Source: an uncultured Alphaproteobacteria bacterium (GTDB taxonomy: Bacteria > Pseudomonadota > Alphaproteobacteria > MPNO01 > DASWLB01). From it: a stretch of DNA of 64,000 nt. Both the position numbers and the translations under genes were made by a program. The notes beneath the pieces are model-generated. The model was not told the DNA's origin, ran no database searches, and saw only the letters and a list, made by a program, of their open reading frames with translations. Shown here piece by piece: positions 56,029 to 64,000 of the stretch. The DNA is taken from contig CAWGXN010000003.1 of NCBI GenBank assembly GCA_963826605.1, forward strand, positions 115,109 through 179,108, given 5' to 3'. Each line of letters begins with the position of its first letter. Position 1 is the stretch's first letter.

Positions 56029-57640
56029 ATGATGACGGCGGCAAACGGGGAGGCGGCGATGGTCGACGAATTCGCGGGCGTGCGCATGGCGCGCTCGCCG
56101 GTCTACGGCACGCGCGGGATGGTGGTCTCGGGGCATTCGCTCGCCTCGCTGGCCGGGCTCGCGGTGCTCGAGCGCGGAGGCTCGATCTGCGACGCGATGA
56201 TCGCGACCTCGGCAGTGCTGTGCACCGTCATTCCGCAGGCGACGTCGCTCGGCGGCGACGCGTTCATCCTCTATCGCGACGCCAAGGCGGGGAAGACCTA
56301 CGGGCTCAATGCCTCCGGCCCCGCGCCCCAGGGGGCGACGCCGGAGAAGTTCGCCAACGGCATGGTGGCGCGCGGCCCGCTCGCTGCCTCGGTGCCCGGC
56401 CTCGTGCGCGGCTGGGAGGAGATGCACAAGAGGTTCGGCCGGCTCGGCTGGGCCGATCTGTTCGGCCCGGCGATCTACCTGGCCGAGGAGGGACATCCGC
56501 TGTCGCGCGTGCTCGCCGCCGCGCTCAACCTGTTCCGCAAGGACGTCGAGGCCGATCCTGGCTGCCGCGCGCTCTATTTCCCCGCGGGCGAGCCGCTGCC
56601 CCGGGCGCACGTGCTGCGCCAGCCCGCAGCTCGCCGAAAGCCTGCGCCTGATCGCGCGCAACGGCGCCGCGGCGTTCTACGAGGGCCCCATCGCCGCCTC
56701 GATCGGCGCGGCGAGCCGCGCGGCCGGCGGGCTGCTGTCGGCGGCGGATTTCGCCGGCTACGCGCCGGAATGGGTGGACCCGATCGAGACGGACTATCGC
56801 GGCCTCGCCGTGCAGGTCATGCCGCCCACCTCGTACGGGCTGCTGATGCTGCTGCAGCTCAACGCGCTCGGCGGCGTGTCGTCGGACGACATCGCCGGCG
56901 CCGACGATGCGACGCGGATCGACCTCCTGATCCGTGCCCAGCGCGCCGCCTTCGCCGAGGGGCTCGACCACATCGCCGATCCGCGAATCGCCCCCGCGCC
57001 GCTCGACGCGCTGCTCGGCGCGGCGACGACCGCGAAGCTGCAGGCCTCGGTGGCGAACGGCGACGCGCCGAAGCGCGCCGGGGCGCAGGGCGGCACGTCC
57101 TGCATCGCCATCGCCGACGGCGAGGGCAACGCGATGTGCGTGGTGCAGAGCGTGTTCCACGTGTTCGGCTCGGCCTTCATCGATCCCGGCACCGGCATCC
57201 TGCTCAACAACCGCATGACCGGGTTCACCACCAAGCCCGGCCATCCGAACCAGGTCGCGCCCGGCAAGCGGCCGGCGCACACGCTCAACCCGGTGATGGT
57301 GCTGGAGAAGGGCCAGGTGCGCTATCTGCTGTCGACGCCGGGCGGGCCGGCCCAGACCATCTCCAACGTGCAGGTCCTGACCAATCTGCGCGACCGGGGG
57401 TTGGAGCTTTCGGCGGCGATCGAGGCGCCGCGCTGGTCGATCACCATGTCGGGCGACCCGGTGCTCGAGGACGGCTATCCGGAGGCGGTCGCCGCCGCTT
57501 TGGCCGCGCGCGGCCATCGCCTCGGCCGGGCGACGGGCGCGTCCTATTTCGGCTCGTCCAAATGCATCGAGCGGCTGCCCGACGGCGTGCTGGCGGGCGC
57601 GGCCGATGCGCGGCGCGAGGCGTACGCGGCCGGGCACTGA
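56029..57640 (+). pseudogene. ggt: Gamma-glutamyltransferase family protein; one frameshift at about 56623
   Basis: GMVVSGHSLASLAGLAVLERGGSICDA.. is in ORF 55642... QLAESLRLIARNG..GGTSCIAIADGEGN (catalytic Thr)..TLNPVMV.. is in ORF 56309..57640. The extra C lies in CCC at 56623-56625. Confidence 0.85.
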
Positions 57641-57811
57641 GCCACGCGCGGTGATCATCGTAGGAAACGCCGCGTAAACCATACGATTCGCCGGAACCCG
57701 GCTTGACAAGCCGCGTTGCGGCCCGGCATGGTGCCCCCGCGTTAACCAATTGTTGTCACACTGCCCGCTAACAATCGGGGCCGCGCATGACGCGGTAGGC
57801 AGTGGGGGGAT

Positions 57812-59119
57812 ATGGGAGGCACGGCCCAGCCAGAGCGGCGTCCGCGCCGCATTTTCGGACTGATCGCGCTGATCGCGATCGGAACGGTTGTCGCCACCCA
57901 GTCCGCCACCTCCAAAAGCGGGTCCGCCCCGCCGCAGACGGCCAGCTTGCCGCCCGCCTCCGCCGTGCCGGGCGGGCTTGACGCTGCCCTGCCGCCCGAG
58001 ATCACCGTCGCGCGCCACGTCCAGCGCGGCGACACGCTGCACCGCATCCTTGTCAAGGCAGGCGCGACCGAGCCCGAGGCCGCCGCCGCCGTCGCGGCAC
58101 TGCGCAAGGTCTACGACCCGCGCACGCTGGCGCCCGGCGACGCGGTGACGCTGGCGTTCGACCGGCTGTCGGGCCACAAGACCGGCCAGCTCCACGGGCT
58201 CACACTCGATTCCGGCACCGATTACACGGTCCACGCCGCCCGCTCCGGCGAGGACACGTTCGCCGCCAAGAAAACCGCCAAGGCGCTGGTCACGACGCTG
58301 ACGCGCGCCCGCGGCACCATCGATTCCTCGCTCTATTCCGCGGCGGACACGGCCGGCCTCGCCGCCGAGACGATCGGCCAGCTCGCCCATTTGTTCTCGT
58401 GGGACGTCGACTTCCAGCGCGACATCCAGCCGGGCGACACGTTCGACGTCGCCTACGAGCGCGTGACCGACAAGGCCGGCGCGTTCCTTCGCGCCGGCGA
58501 CATCGTCTATGCCGAGCTCACGCTCGGCGGGGTGCGCCACGCCGTCTACCGCTTCGCCCCTTCGCACGGCAAGCCCGGCTATTTCGACGAGCAGGGCAAG
58601 AGCGTGCAGAAGGCGCTGCTGCGCACGCCGCTCGACGCCATCCGCATCACCTCGCGCTTCGGCCGCCGGCGCGACCCGATGCTCGGCTTTACCCGCAAGC
58701 ATAAGGGCGTCGATTTCGGCGCCTCGGCGGGCACGCCGGTCTATGCCGCCGGCACCGGCGTGGTCGAGGTGCGTGGGCGCGAGCACGGCTACGGCAACTA
58801 CATCCGCATCCGCCACGACAAGACGCACGAGACCGCCTACGCCCATCTCAGCCGCTTCGCCAAGGGGCTGCGGCGCGGCACGCACGTCCACCAGGGCGAG
58901 GTGATCGGCTTTGTCGGCCAGACCGGCCGGGCGACCGGCCCCCATCTGCATTACGAGGTGCTGGTGAAGGGGACGCAGGTGAACCCGATGGCGGTGAAGT
59001 TCGCCGGCGGGCCGGCCCTTTCGGGCCACGAGCTCAAGGCTTTCGCCGCCGCGCGCCGCCAAATCGCCCAGCGCGTCGCCGGGCTCAAGCCGGTCGCGAC
59101 CCGCGCCGCCAGCCGGTAG
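57812..59119 (+). CDS. M23-family metallopeptidase (LytM/OapA-type), membrane-anchored
   Basis: Intact 435-aa ORF with an N-terminal TM segment. HKGVDFGASAGTPVYA and GRATGPHLHYEV are the M23 motifs. Confidence 0.85.
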   Translation: MGGTAQPERRPRRIFGLIALIAIGTVVATQSATSKSGSAPPQTASLPPASAVPGGLDAALPPEITVARHVQRGDTLHRILVKAGATEPEAAAAVAALRKVYDPRTLAPGDAVTLAFDRLSGHKTGQLHGLTLDSGTDYTVHAARSGEDTFAAKKTAKALVTTLTRARGTIDSSLYSAADTAGLAAETIGQLAHLFSWDVDFQRDIQPGDTFDVAYERVTDKAGAFLRAGDIVYAELTLGGVRHAVYRFAPSHGKPGYFDEQGKSVQKALLRTPLDAIRITSRFGRRRDPMLGFTRKHKGVDFGASAGTPVYAAGTGVVEVRGREHGYGNYIRIRHDKTHETAYAHLSRFAKGLRRGTHVHQGEVIGFVGQTGRATGPHLHYEVLVKGTQVNPMAVKFAGGPALSGHELKAFAAARRQIAQRVAGLKPVATRAASR

Positions 59120-59162
59120 GCGCCATTCCCGCGCGGAACCGAGCGGGGACTTCGGCCTCGCC

Positions 59163-60476
59163 CTACTTCAGATTGTAGCCGAGCAGCGCGGGCAGCCACA
59201 GCGCCAGGGTGGGGAACAGGATGATGATCGTGATCCGCACCAGGTCGGCGTAGAGGAACGGCAGGATGCCGCGGAAGATGGTCTTGAGCGCCAGCGTCCG
59301 CGCCACGCCGTAGATCACGAACACGTTCATCCCGATGGGCGGGGTGATCATGCCGACCTCGATCACCATCACCAGCACGACGCCCCACCAGATCGGGTTG
59401 TAGCCGATCGAGACGATCAGCGGGAACACGAACGGCATGGTGATGACCATCGCCGCCACCGTGTCGAAGATCGAGCCCAGGATCAGGTAGGCGATCATCA
59501 GCACGCCGATCACGGCGATGGGCGGCAGGTGCCAGCCGACGATCACGTGGACCAGCTCGTCCGGCATCTTGGTCGCCGTGATGAAGTAGGTGAAGATCGA
59601 CGCGCCCATGATGATCAGATAGATCATCGCCGAGTTCGACGCCGTCTCGTGCACCACCTGCCAGAACGATTCGCGCGTCAGGCGGCCGCGCGCGACGGTG
59701 AACAGGAAGGCGAGCCCCGCGCCGAGCGACGCCGCCTCGGTCACCGTGAACACGCCGCCATAGATGCCGCCGATCACGGCGACCAGCAGCACCACCACGC
59801 CCCAGCTCTGGCGCGCCACCTGCCAACGCTCGGGCCAGGTCATGCGCGCGCCGGCCGGCCCCGCCTCCGGATTGATCCGCACCACCACGTTGATCGCCAC
59901 GCAATGCAGCGCGACGGCGATCAGGCCCGGGATCAGCGCGGCGATGAACAGGGTGATGACGAATTGCTGCGCCAGATAGGCGTAGATCACCATGATGACC
60001 GAGGGCGGGATCAGCATGCCCAGCGTGCCGCCCGCGGCGATCGAGCCGGAGGCAAGCGTCGGCGCGTAGCCGCGCTTGAGCATCTCGGGCAGCGCCACGC
60101 GCCCCATCGTCGCCGCGGTGGCGAGCGACGAGCCGCATACGGCGCCGAACCCGGCGCAGCCCCCGATGGTGGCGAGCGCCAGCCCGCCGCGGCGGTGGCC
60201 GATCAGCGCGTAGGCGAGCCGATAGATGTCGGCCGAAAGCCCGCTCACCCCGGCGAAGCTGCCCATCAGCAGGAACAGCGGGATGACGGCGAGGTCGAGG
60301 CTGGACAGCACGCCCACCGGTTCGGTCGCGAACAGCGAGATGGCGGGGCCGAACCCGCCGAGGAAGCCGAATCCCACGAATCCCGCCACCGCCATCGCCA
60401 CGCCGATCGGGATCTGCAGCAGGATCAGCACGAACATGCCGCCGATCCCGAGCGCGGCGAGCAGGATCGGGTCCAT
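59163..60476 (-). CDS. dctM: TRAP transporter large permease
   Basis: Starts at MDPILLAALGIGGMFVLILLQIPIGVAMAV (ATG 60476, inside ORF 59163..61628). About 437 aa, polytopic. Confidence 0.9.
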   Translation of the reverse strand: MDPILLAALGIGGMFVLILLQIPIGVAMAVAGFVGFGFLGGFGPAISLFATEPVGVLSSLDLAVIPLFLLMGSFAGVSGLSADIYRLAYALIGHRRGGLALATIGGCAGFGAVCGSSLATAATMGRVALPEMLKRGYAPTLASGSIAAGGTLGMLIPPSVIMVIYAYLAQQFVITLFIAALIPGLIAVALHCVAINVVVRINPEAGPAGARMTWPERWQVARQSWGVVVLLVAVIGGIYGGVFTVTEAASLGAGLAFLFTVARGRLTRESFWQVVHETASNSAMIYLIIMGASIFTYFITATKMPDELVHVIVGWHLPPIAVIGVLMIAYLILGSIFDTVAAMVITMPFVFPLIVSIGYNPIWWGVVLVMVIEVGMITPPIGMNVFVIYGVARTLALKTIFRGILPFLYADLVRITIIILFPTLALWLPALLGYNLK

Positions 60477-61024
60477 CAATATTCCCCGTCGGCGGGGCTC
60501 GCCGTCTCGCCCAGCGGCGGGCTTTCGTCCGGCGCGCCGCCCCGGAGCGCCCGGCCGATCTCGGCGACGAACACGATCACCTGCACCGGAATGCAGACCA
60601 CCATGAACGCCGTCACCACCGTCCACCACGGCGCCACCGGCCAGGCCAGAATCCAGGTGGTCTCGCCCGCTGCCCTCACCTGGGCGGTGTAGGCGACGAA
60701 TTCCCACCCCACCGCGAAGAAGAACAGCGAGTTCACCAGCGCCGCCAGCGTCTCGAGCCAGGCGTGGCCGCGGGGGCCCGACAGCTTGCCGAGGAAGGTG
60801 ATCGAGATATGGTGGCGGTCGGCGATCGCCGCGGGGAAGAACGCGGCGATGGCGATGGCGCCGACCAGCTTCGACACCTCCTCGACGCCGTCGATGGGAC
60901 TGGCGAACAGCCAGCGCATCAGCACGTCGCAGATCGTGCCCAGCGCCAGCGCGACGAAGGCCACCAGTCCCGCGAACGCGATCCAGCGCGTCGCGCGCGA
61001 GGCGAGCGCTTCCAACGCCGCCAT
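60476..61024 (-). CDS. dctQ: TRAP transporter small permease
   Basis: 182-aa ORF with four hydrophobic segments. It sits between the dctP-like and dctM genes and overlaps dctM by 1 nt. Confidence 0.8.
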   Translation of the reverse strand: MAALEALASRATRWIAFAGLVAFVALALGTICDVLMRWLFASPIDGVEEVSKLVGAIAIAAFFPAAIADRHHISITFLGKLSGPRGHAWLETLAALVNSLFFFAVGWEFVAYTAQVRAAGETTWILAWPVAPWWTVVTAFMVVCIPVQVIVFVAEIGRALRGGAPDESPPLGETASPADGEY

Positions 61025-61042
61025 CGCCCCGCGCCCGCGCCG

Positions 61043-62045
61043 TCAGCTTTCGCCGCGGATCGCCTTGAGCTCCTGGCGGAGCGTGTCGAGCAGCTTCTTG
61101 CCGTTCGGGTGGTGCGACGCCCATTCGCCGATCACGGGGTCGACCGTCTTGTCCCATTCGGCGAGCGCGGCCTTGTCCGGGAAGACGAAGGTGTGATCCT
61201 TCATCGCCTGGGTCTTCTTGAGGAAGTCCTCCTGCACGCGGCCGTTCACCTTGCCGAAGCGGCGCGACAGGGTCTCGCCCGACAGTTTGTCGATCTCGGC
61301 CTTGGCGTCGGCGGGCAGCTTCTCCCAGCTTCCCTTGTTCATCAGGACGCCGATCGGCACGGTGCCGAGCTGCGCCATGTAGTGATGCGTCGCCACGTCG
61401 ACGATGCGGAACGCGTACATCACGTTCCAGTCCGCCGCCGTGCCGTCCAGCACGTGCTTGGAGATGTTCTCGGCCACCGCGGGGATCGGCATGCCGACCG
61501 GCACCGCGCCCAGCGCCTTCATCGTCGCGGCGGCGACCGGTCCGCCCGCGCGCAGCTTCTTGCCCTTGAGGTCGGCGATCTTCGTGACCGGGAAATCGGT
61601 GTGGATGTTGTAGGGGAAGGTGGTCCAAAGCGCGATCACGTGGAAGCCGTCATAGCCGCGCAACAGCCCCGCCTTGTACAGCCGCCAGATCGCGATCGAG
61701 GATTCGTTCGAAATCGCGGATGATGCCGGGCAGCTCCATCACCTCGTTGTCCGGGAACCGGCCGGGCGTGTAGGACGGCACGATGAAGGCCATGTCGGCC
61801 ACGCCGTCCTGCACGAGCTTTACCTGCACCGCGGGGTTGCGCCCCAGCGCGCCGCCGGGGAAGCCGTCGATATGAACCTTGCCCGCCAGCGCCTTGTTGA
61901 CGTCCTCGAACCACGGCTTGATGACGTCGGAATAGGTGGAATCGTTGGCGCCCGCGAAATCGGCGAGCTTGAGGGTGACCTGGGCCTGGGCGGTGCCGGC
62001 AAGGGCGACCGTGAACGCGGCTATCGCCGCGAGGAGCTTGGGCAT
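61043..62045 (-). pseudogene. dctP: TRAP transporter substrate-binding protein; one frameshift near 61706
   Basis: The signal peptide MPKLLAAIAAFTVALAGTAQA.. is in ORF 61650..62045(-). The C-terminal part is in ORF 61043..61663(-). Removing one base restores ..IIRDFEESSIAIWRLYKAGLLRGYDGFHV... Confidence 0.85.
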
Positions 62046-62200
62046 CGGAACCTCCCTAGTTTCTTTACAAGAAAGAATGCGCCTTCATGCGGCAAAGGGC
62101 AAGGTGCCGATGCGGCCGTTCGCCGCGCGGTCGCGGCCTTCATCCTGAGCGTCTCGGGGCCGGGCTTGTGCCGGGGCGGAAAGCGCGCTGTAATCCCGCA

Positions 62201-62368
62201 ATGGTGCTGTTCGCAAGTTTGGTCGGCGCGATGCTCGCAGTCGGCTATGTCGGGTTCCTCGCCGTCTCGGTGGGAAAGGCCGCGCTGCTGGTCATCACGG
62301 CGATCTGCCTCGCCCTGATGTTCGTCGCGCTCTGGCAGGACGTGCGCGACAGCCGCAATTCGCGATAG
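62201..62368 (+). CDS. 55-aa two-helix membrane protein (hypothetical)
   Basis: MVLFASLVGAMLAVGYVGFLAVSVGKAALLVITAICLALMFVALWQDVRDSRNSR. This is an internal Met of ORF 62087..62368. No SD was verified. Confidence 0.35.
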   Translation: MVLFASLVGAMLAVGYVGFLAVSVGKAALLVITAICLALMFVALWQDVRDSRNSR

Positions 62369-62392
62369 GGACGGGGAGCACAAACCCCCTGA

Positions 62393-62503
62393 CATTCGTC
62401 CTGAGTAGCGCCGAAAGGCGCGTATCGAAGGACGAAGCCGGGAGATCGTGCCGCCGTCGCCCTTCTATACGCGTCACTGTGCGAGGCTACTCAGGGCGAA
62501 CGG
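62393..62503. repeat. Palindromic REP/MITE-like element, family A, copy 3
   Basis: ATTCGTCCTGAGTAGCG..GCGCGTATCGAAGGACGAAGCC..GAGATCGTGCC..CGCCCTTCTATACGCG..GCTACTCAGGGCGAACGG. Confidence 0.75.
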
Positions 62504-62525
62504 AGAAAGATTCCCGTGACGGCGC

Positions 62526-64000
62526 TCACGCGTACTCGGCGCGGTTGGACTGCTCGATCTGCACCGGCTGCGCGCCCCACACCGTCTCGGCGTACTGGTG
62601 CACCAGCCGGTCGGCGGAGAAGCCGCCCATGCGCGACGCGTTGAGGATGGCGCGGCGCGCCCAGTCGTCCGGGTCGCGCCAGGCGGCGTCCACTTGGTCC
62701 TGCGCCGTCATGTAGGCGGCGAAGTCGGCCACCAGCATGTAGCGGTCGCCCTGGACCGTCAGCGCGTCGGCGATGGGCGCGAAATGGTCGGTCGCGTCGG
62801 GCGAGAAATAGCCCGACCGGATCATCTGGATCACCTCGGCGAGCTCGGGGTCCGCTTCGACGATCGCCACCGGATCGTAGGCGTTCGAGCGGCGCAGCGC
62901 CGCCACCTCGCCATAGTCCATGCCGAACTGGAAGATGTCGTCCTCGCCGACGGCACGGGCGATCTCGACATTCGCCCCGTCGCGCGTGCACAGCGTCATC
63001 GCGCCGTTGAGCGCGAGCTTCATGTTGCCGGTGCCCGACGCCTCGGTGCCGGCCAGCGATATCTGCTGCGACAGGTCGGCGGCGGGGATGATGTCCTCGG
63101 CGGTCTGCACGTCGTAGTTCGGGATGAAGGCGAGCTTCAGCCGGTCCTGCACGGCGGGGTCGTTGTTGACCACGTCGGCGACGCCGATGATGAGCTCGAG
63201 GATGCGCTTCGCCATGGCGTAGCCCGGCGCCGCCTTGCCCGAGAAGATCACCGTGCGCGGCACCACCTCGCCCTGCGTGCCGTGGCGGATGCGGTTGTAG
63301 CGCGCGATCACCTGCAGCACGTTGAGGAGCTGGCGCTTGTATTCGTGGATGCGCTTGACGTGCACGTCGAACATGGCGTCGGGGTCGACCCACAGCCCCA
63401 GCCGCTTCTCGATCACCGCGGCGAGGCGCGCCTTGTTGCCCCGCTTGACCCGGCGGAACGCGGCGCGGAAGGCAGCGTCGTCGGCCGCCGGAGCGAGGCG
63501 CGCGATCGCGCCCAGGTCGCGGCGCCATGCCCCGCCGATGCGCCCGTCGATCAGCTTCGCGAACTCGGGGTTCGCCTCGTCCAGCCAGCGGCGATGGGCG
63601 ATGCCGTTGGTCAGGTTGGCGATCCGGCCCGGGAAATGCGCGTCGAAGTCGCGGAAGGTGGTGGCGCGCATGATGCCGGTGTGCATGTCCGACACGCCGT
63701 TCACCCGGTGGCTGCCGACGAAGGCGAGGTGCGCCATGCGCACCAGCCGGCTGGGGCCGGAATCGTCGATCAGCGACATGCGCTGCACGCGCCCCCCGTC
63801 GCCCGGGTGGCGGTGCGTCACCTCGCGCAGGAAGCGCTGGTTGATCTCGTAGATGATCTGCAGATGGCGCGGCAGCAGAGTCGCCATCAGCTCGACCGGC
63901 CAGCATTCCAGCGCCTCGGCGAGCAGCGTGTGGTTGGTGAAGGCGATGGTGCGCTGGGTGATGTCCCAGGCCGTGTCCCAGCCCAGCCGGCGCTCGTCGA
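62526..64000 (-). CDS. glgP: Glycogen/alpha-glucan phosphorylase (C-terminal part; 5' end outside the window)
   Basis: HLQIIYEINQRFL.., VKRIHEYKRQLLN, FSGKAAPGYAMAKRI and the PLP-site region ISLAGTEASGTGNMKLALNGA. The frame stays open to base 64000. Confidence 0.9.
   Translation of the reverse strand, partial: DERRLGWDTAWDITQRTIAFTNHTLLAEALECWPVELMATLLPRHLQIIYEINQRFLREVTHRHPGDGGRVQRMSLIDDSGPSRLVRMAHLAFVGSHRVNGVSDMHTGIMRATTFRDFDAHFPGRIANLTNGIAHRRWLDEANPEFAKLIDGRIGGAWRRDLGAIARLAPAADDAAFRAAFRRVKRGNKARLAAVIEKRLGLWVDPDAMFDVHVKRIHEYKRQLLNVLQVIARYNRIRHGTQGEVVPRTVIFSGKAAPGYAMAKRILELIIGVADVVNNDPAVQDRLKLAFIPNYDVQTAEDIIPAADLSQQISLAGTEASGTGNMKLALNGAMTLCTRDGANVEIARAVGEDDIFQFGMDYGEVAALRRSNAYDPVAIVEADPELAEVIQMIRSGYFSPDATDHFAPIADALTVQGDRYMLVADFAAYMTAQDQVDAAWRDPDDWARRAILNASRMGGFSADRLVHQYAETVWGAQPVQIEQSNRAEYA

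Noticed and set aside
57742-57757. CtrA-box-like TTAA-N7-TT.. sequence in the lower-GC leader of the M23 peptidase gene
   Set aside because: The second half-site is TTGTC rather than TTAAC, so the match is only partial. A single weak hit in an AT-richer leader is not evidence.
1-64000. Programmed ribosomal frameshifting as an explanation for the broken genes
   Set aside because: None of the affected genes belongs to a class known for recoding (prfB, dnaX, IS transposases). The shift sites share no slippery heptamer or downstream structure. Several genes carry three to five shifts each.

Overview
This is a very GC-rich chromosomal segment that looks alphaproteobacterial. Third codon positions are almost all G/C, and long antisense shadow ORFs occur throughout.

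I can support about 55 protein genes, one tRNA (tRNA-Ala CGC), a few promoter and terminator signals, and four families of palindromic REP/MITE-like intergenic repeats.

Gene order, left to right:
- kpsF, an ABC1/UbiB-family kinase, pepF, an acyl-CoA ligase, an SDR, a cNMP-binding protein, a CapA-family protein and an HpnN-like MMPL exporter.
- ppk1-ppx, a roughly 1220-aa AsmA-family protein, a DUF4169-like protein, a Nu-class GST, a small sigma54-type transcription unit and a hypothetical protein.
- An ABC importer with three tandem paralogous NMT1/SsuA-type binding proteins, then tRNA-Ala.
- An oxygenase/hydrolase cluster: LLM monooxygenase, PH-domain protein, amidohydrolase_2 and a VanA-like Rieske oxygenase.
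- A histidine kinase, then the conserved rpmH-rnpA-yidD-yidC-engB block, TusA and a second LLM enzyme.
- hslVU, a small CXXCH protein, an HNH nuclease, an EEP nuclease, a YqjG-type GST and an orphan CoxL-like molybdo-hydroxylase subunit.
- Two convergent ligase/peptidase operons: a methyltransferase::ATP-grasp fusion with oligopeptidase B, and an ATP-grasp-like protein with a CocE/NonD hydrolase.
- DJ-1/PfpI, a disulfide oxidoreductase, GGT, an M23 peptidase, a TRAP transporter and glgP, which runs off the right edge.

I saw no transposase, integrase, phage gene, CRISPR array or rRNA.

The dominant anomaly is that about 17 otherwise well-conserved genes have interrupted reading frames. I counted roughly 35 single-base frame changes, one in-frame TAG and one missing start codon. 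The lesions are densest in bases 1-6191, and several sit in short homopolymers. Assembly indels are the leading explanation, and true pseudogenisation is the alternative.

The best candidates for something new are:
- the convergent ATP-grasp/peptidase pairs at 46.9-53.9 kb;
- a self-contained unit at 20.7-21.0 kb made of a sigma54-type promoter, a strong SD, a 34-codon ORF and a terminator;
- a REP/MITE family whose arm substitutions are compensated.

All calls come from reading the supplied translations and the DNA. No database search was run. Frameshift positions are by-eye estimates (about +/-15 bp).
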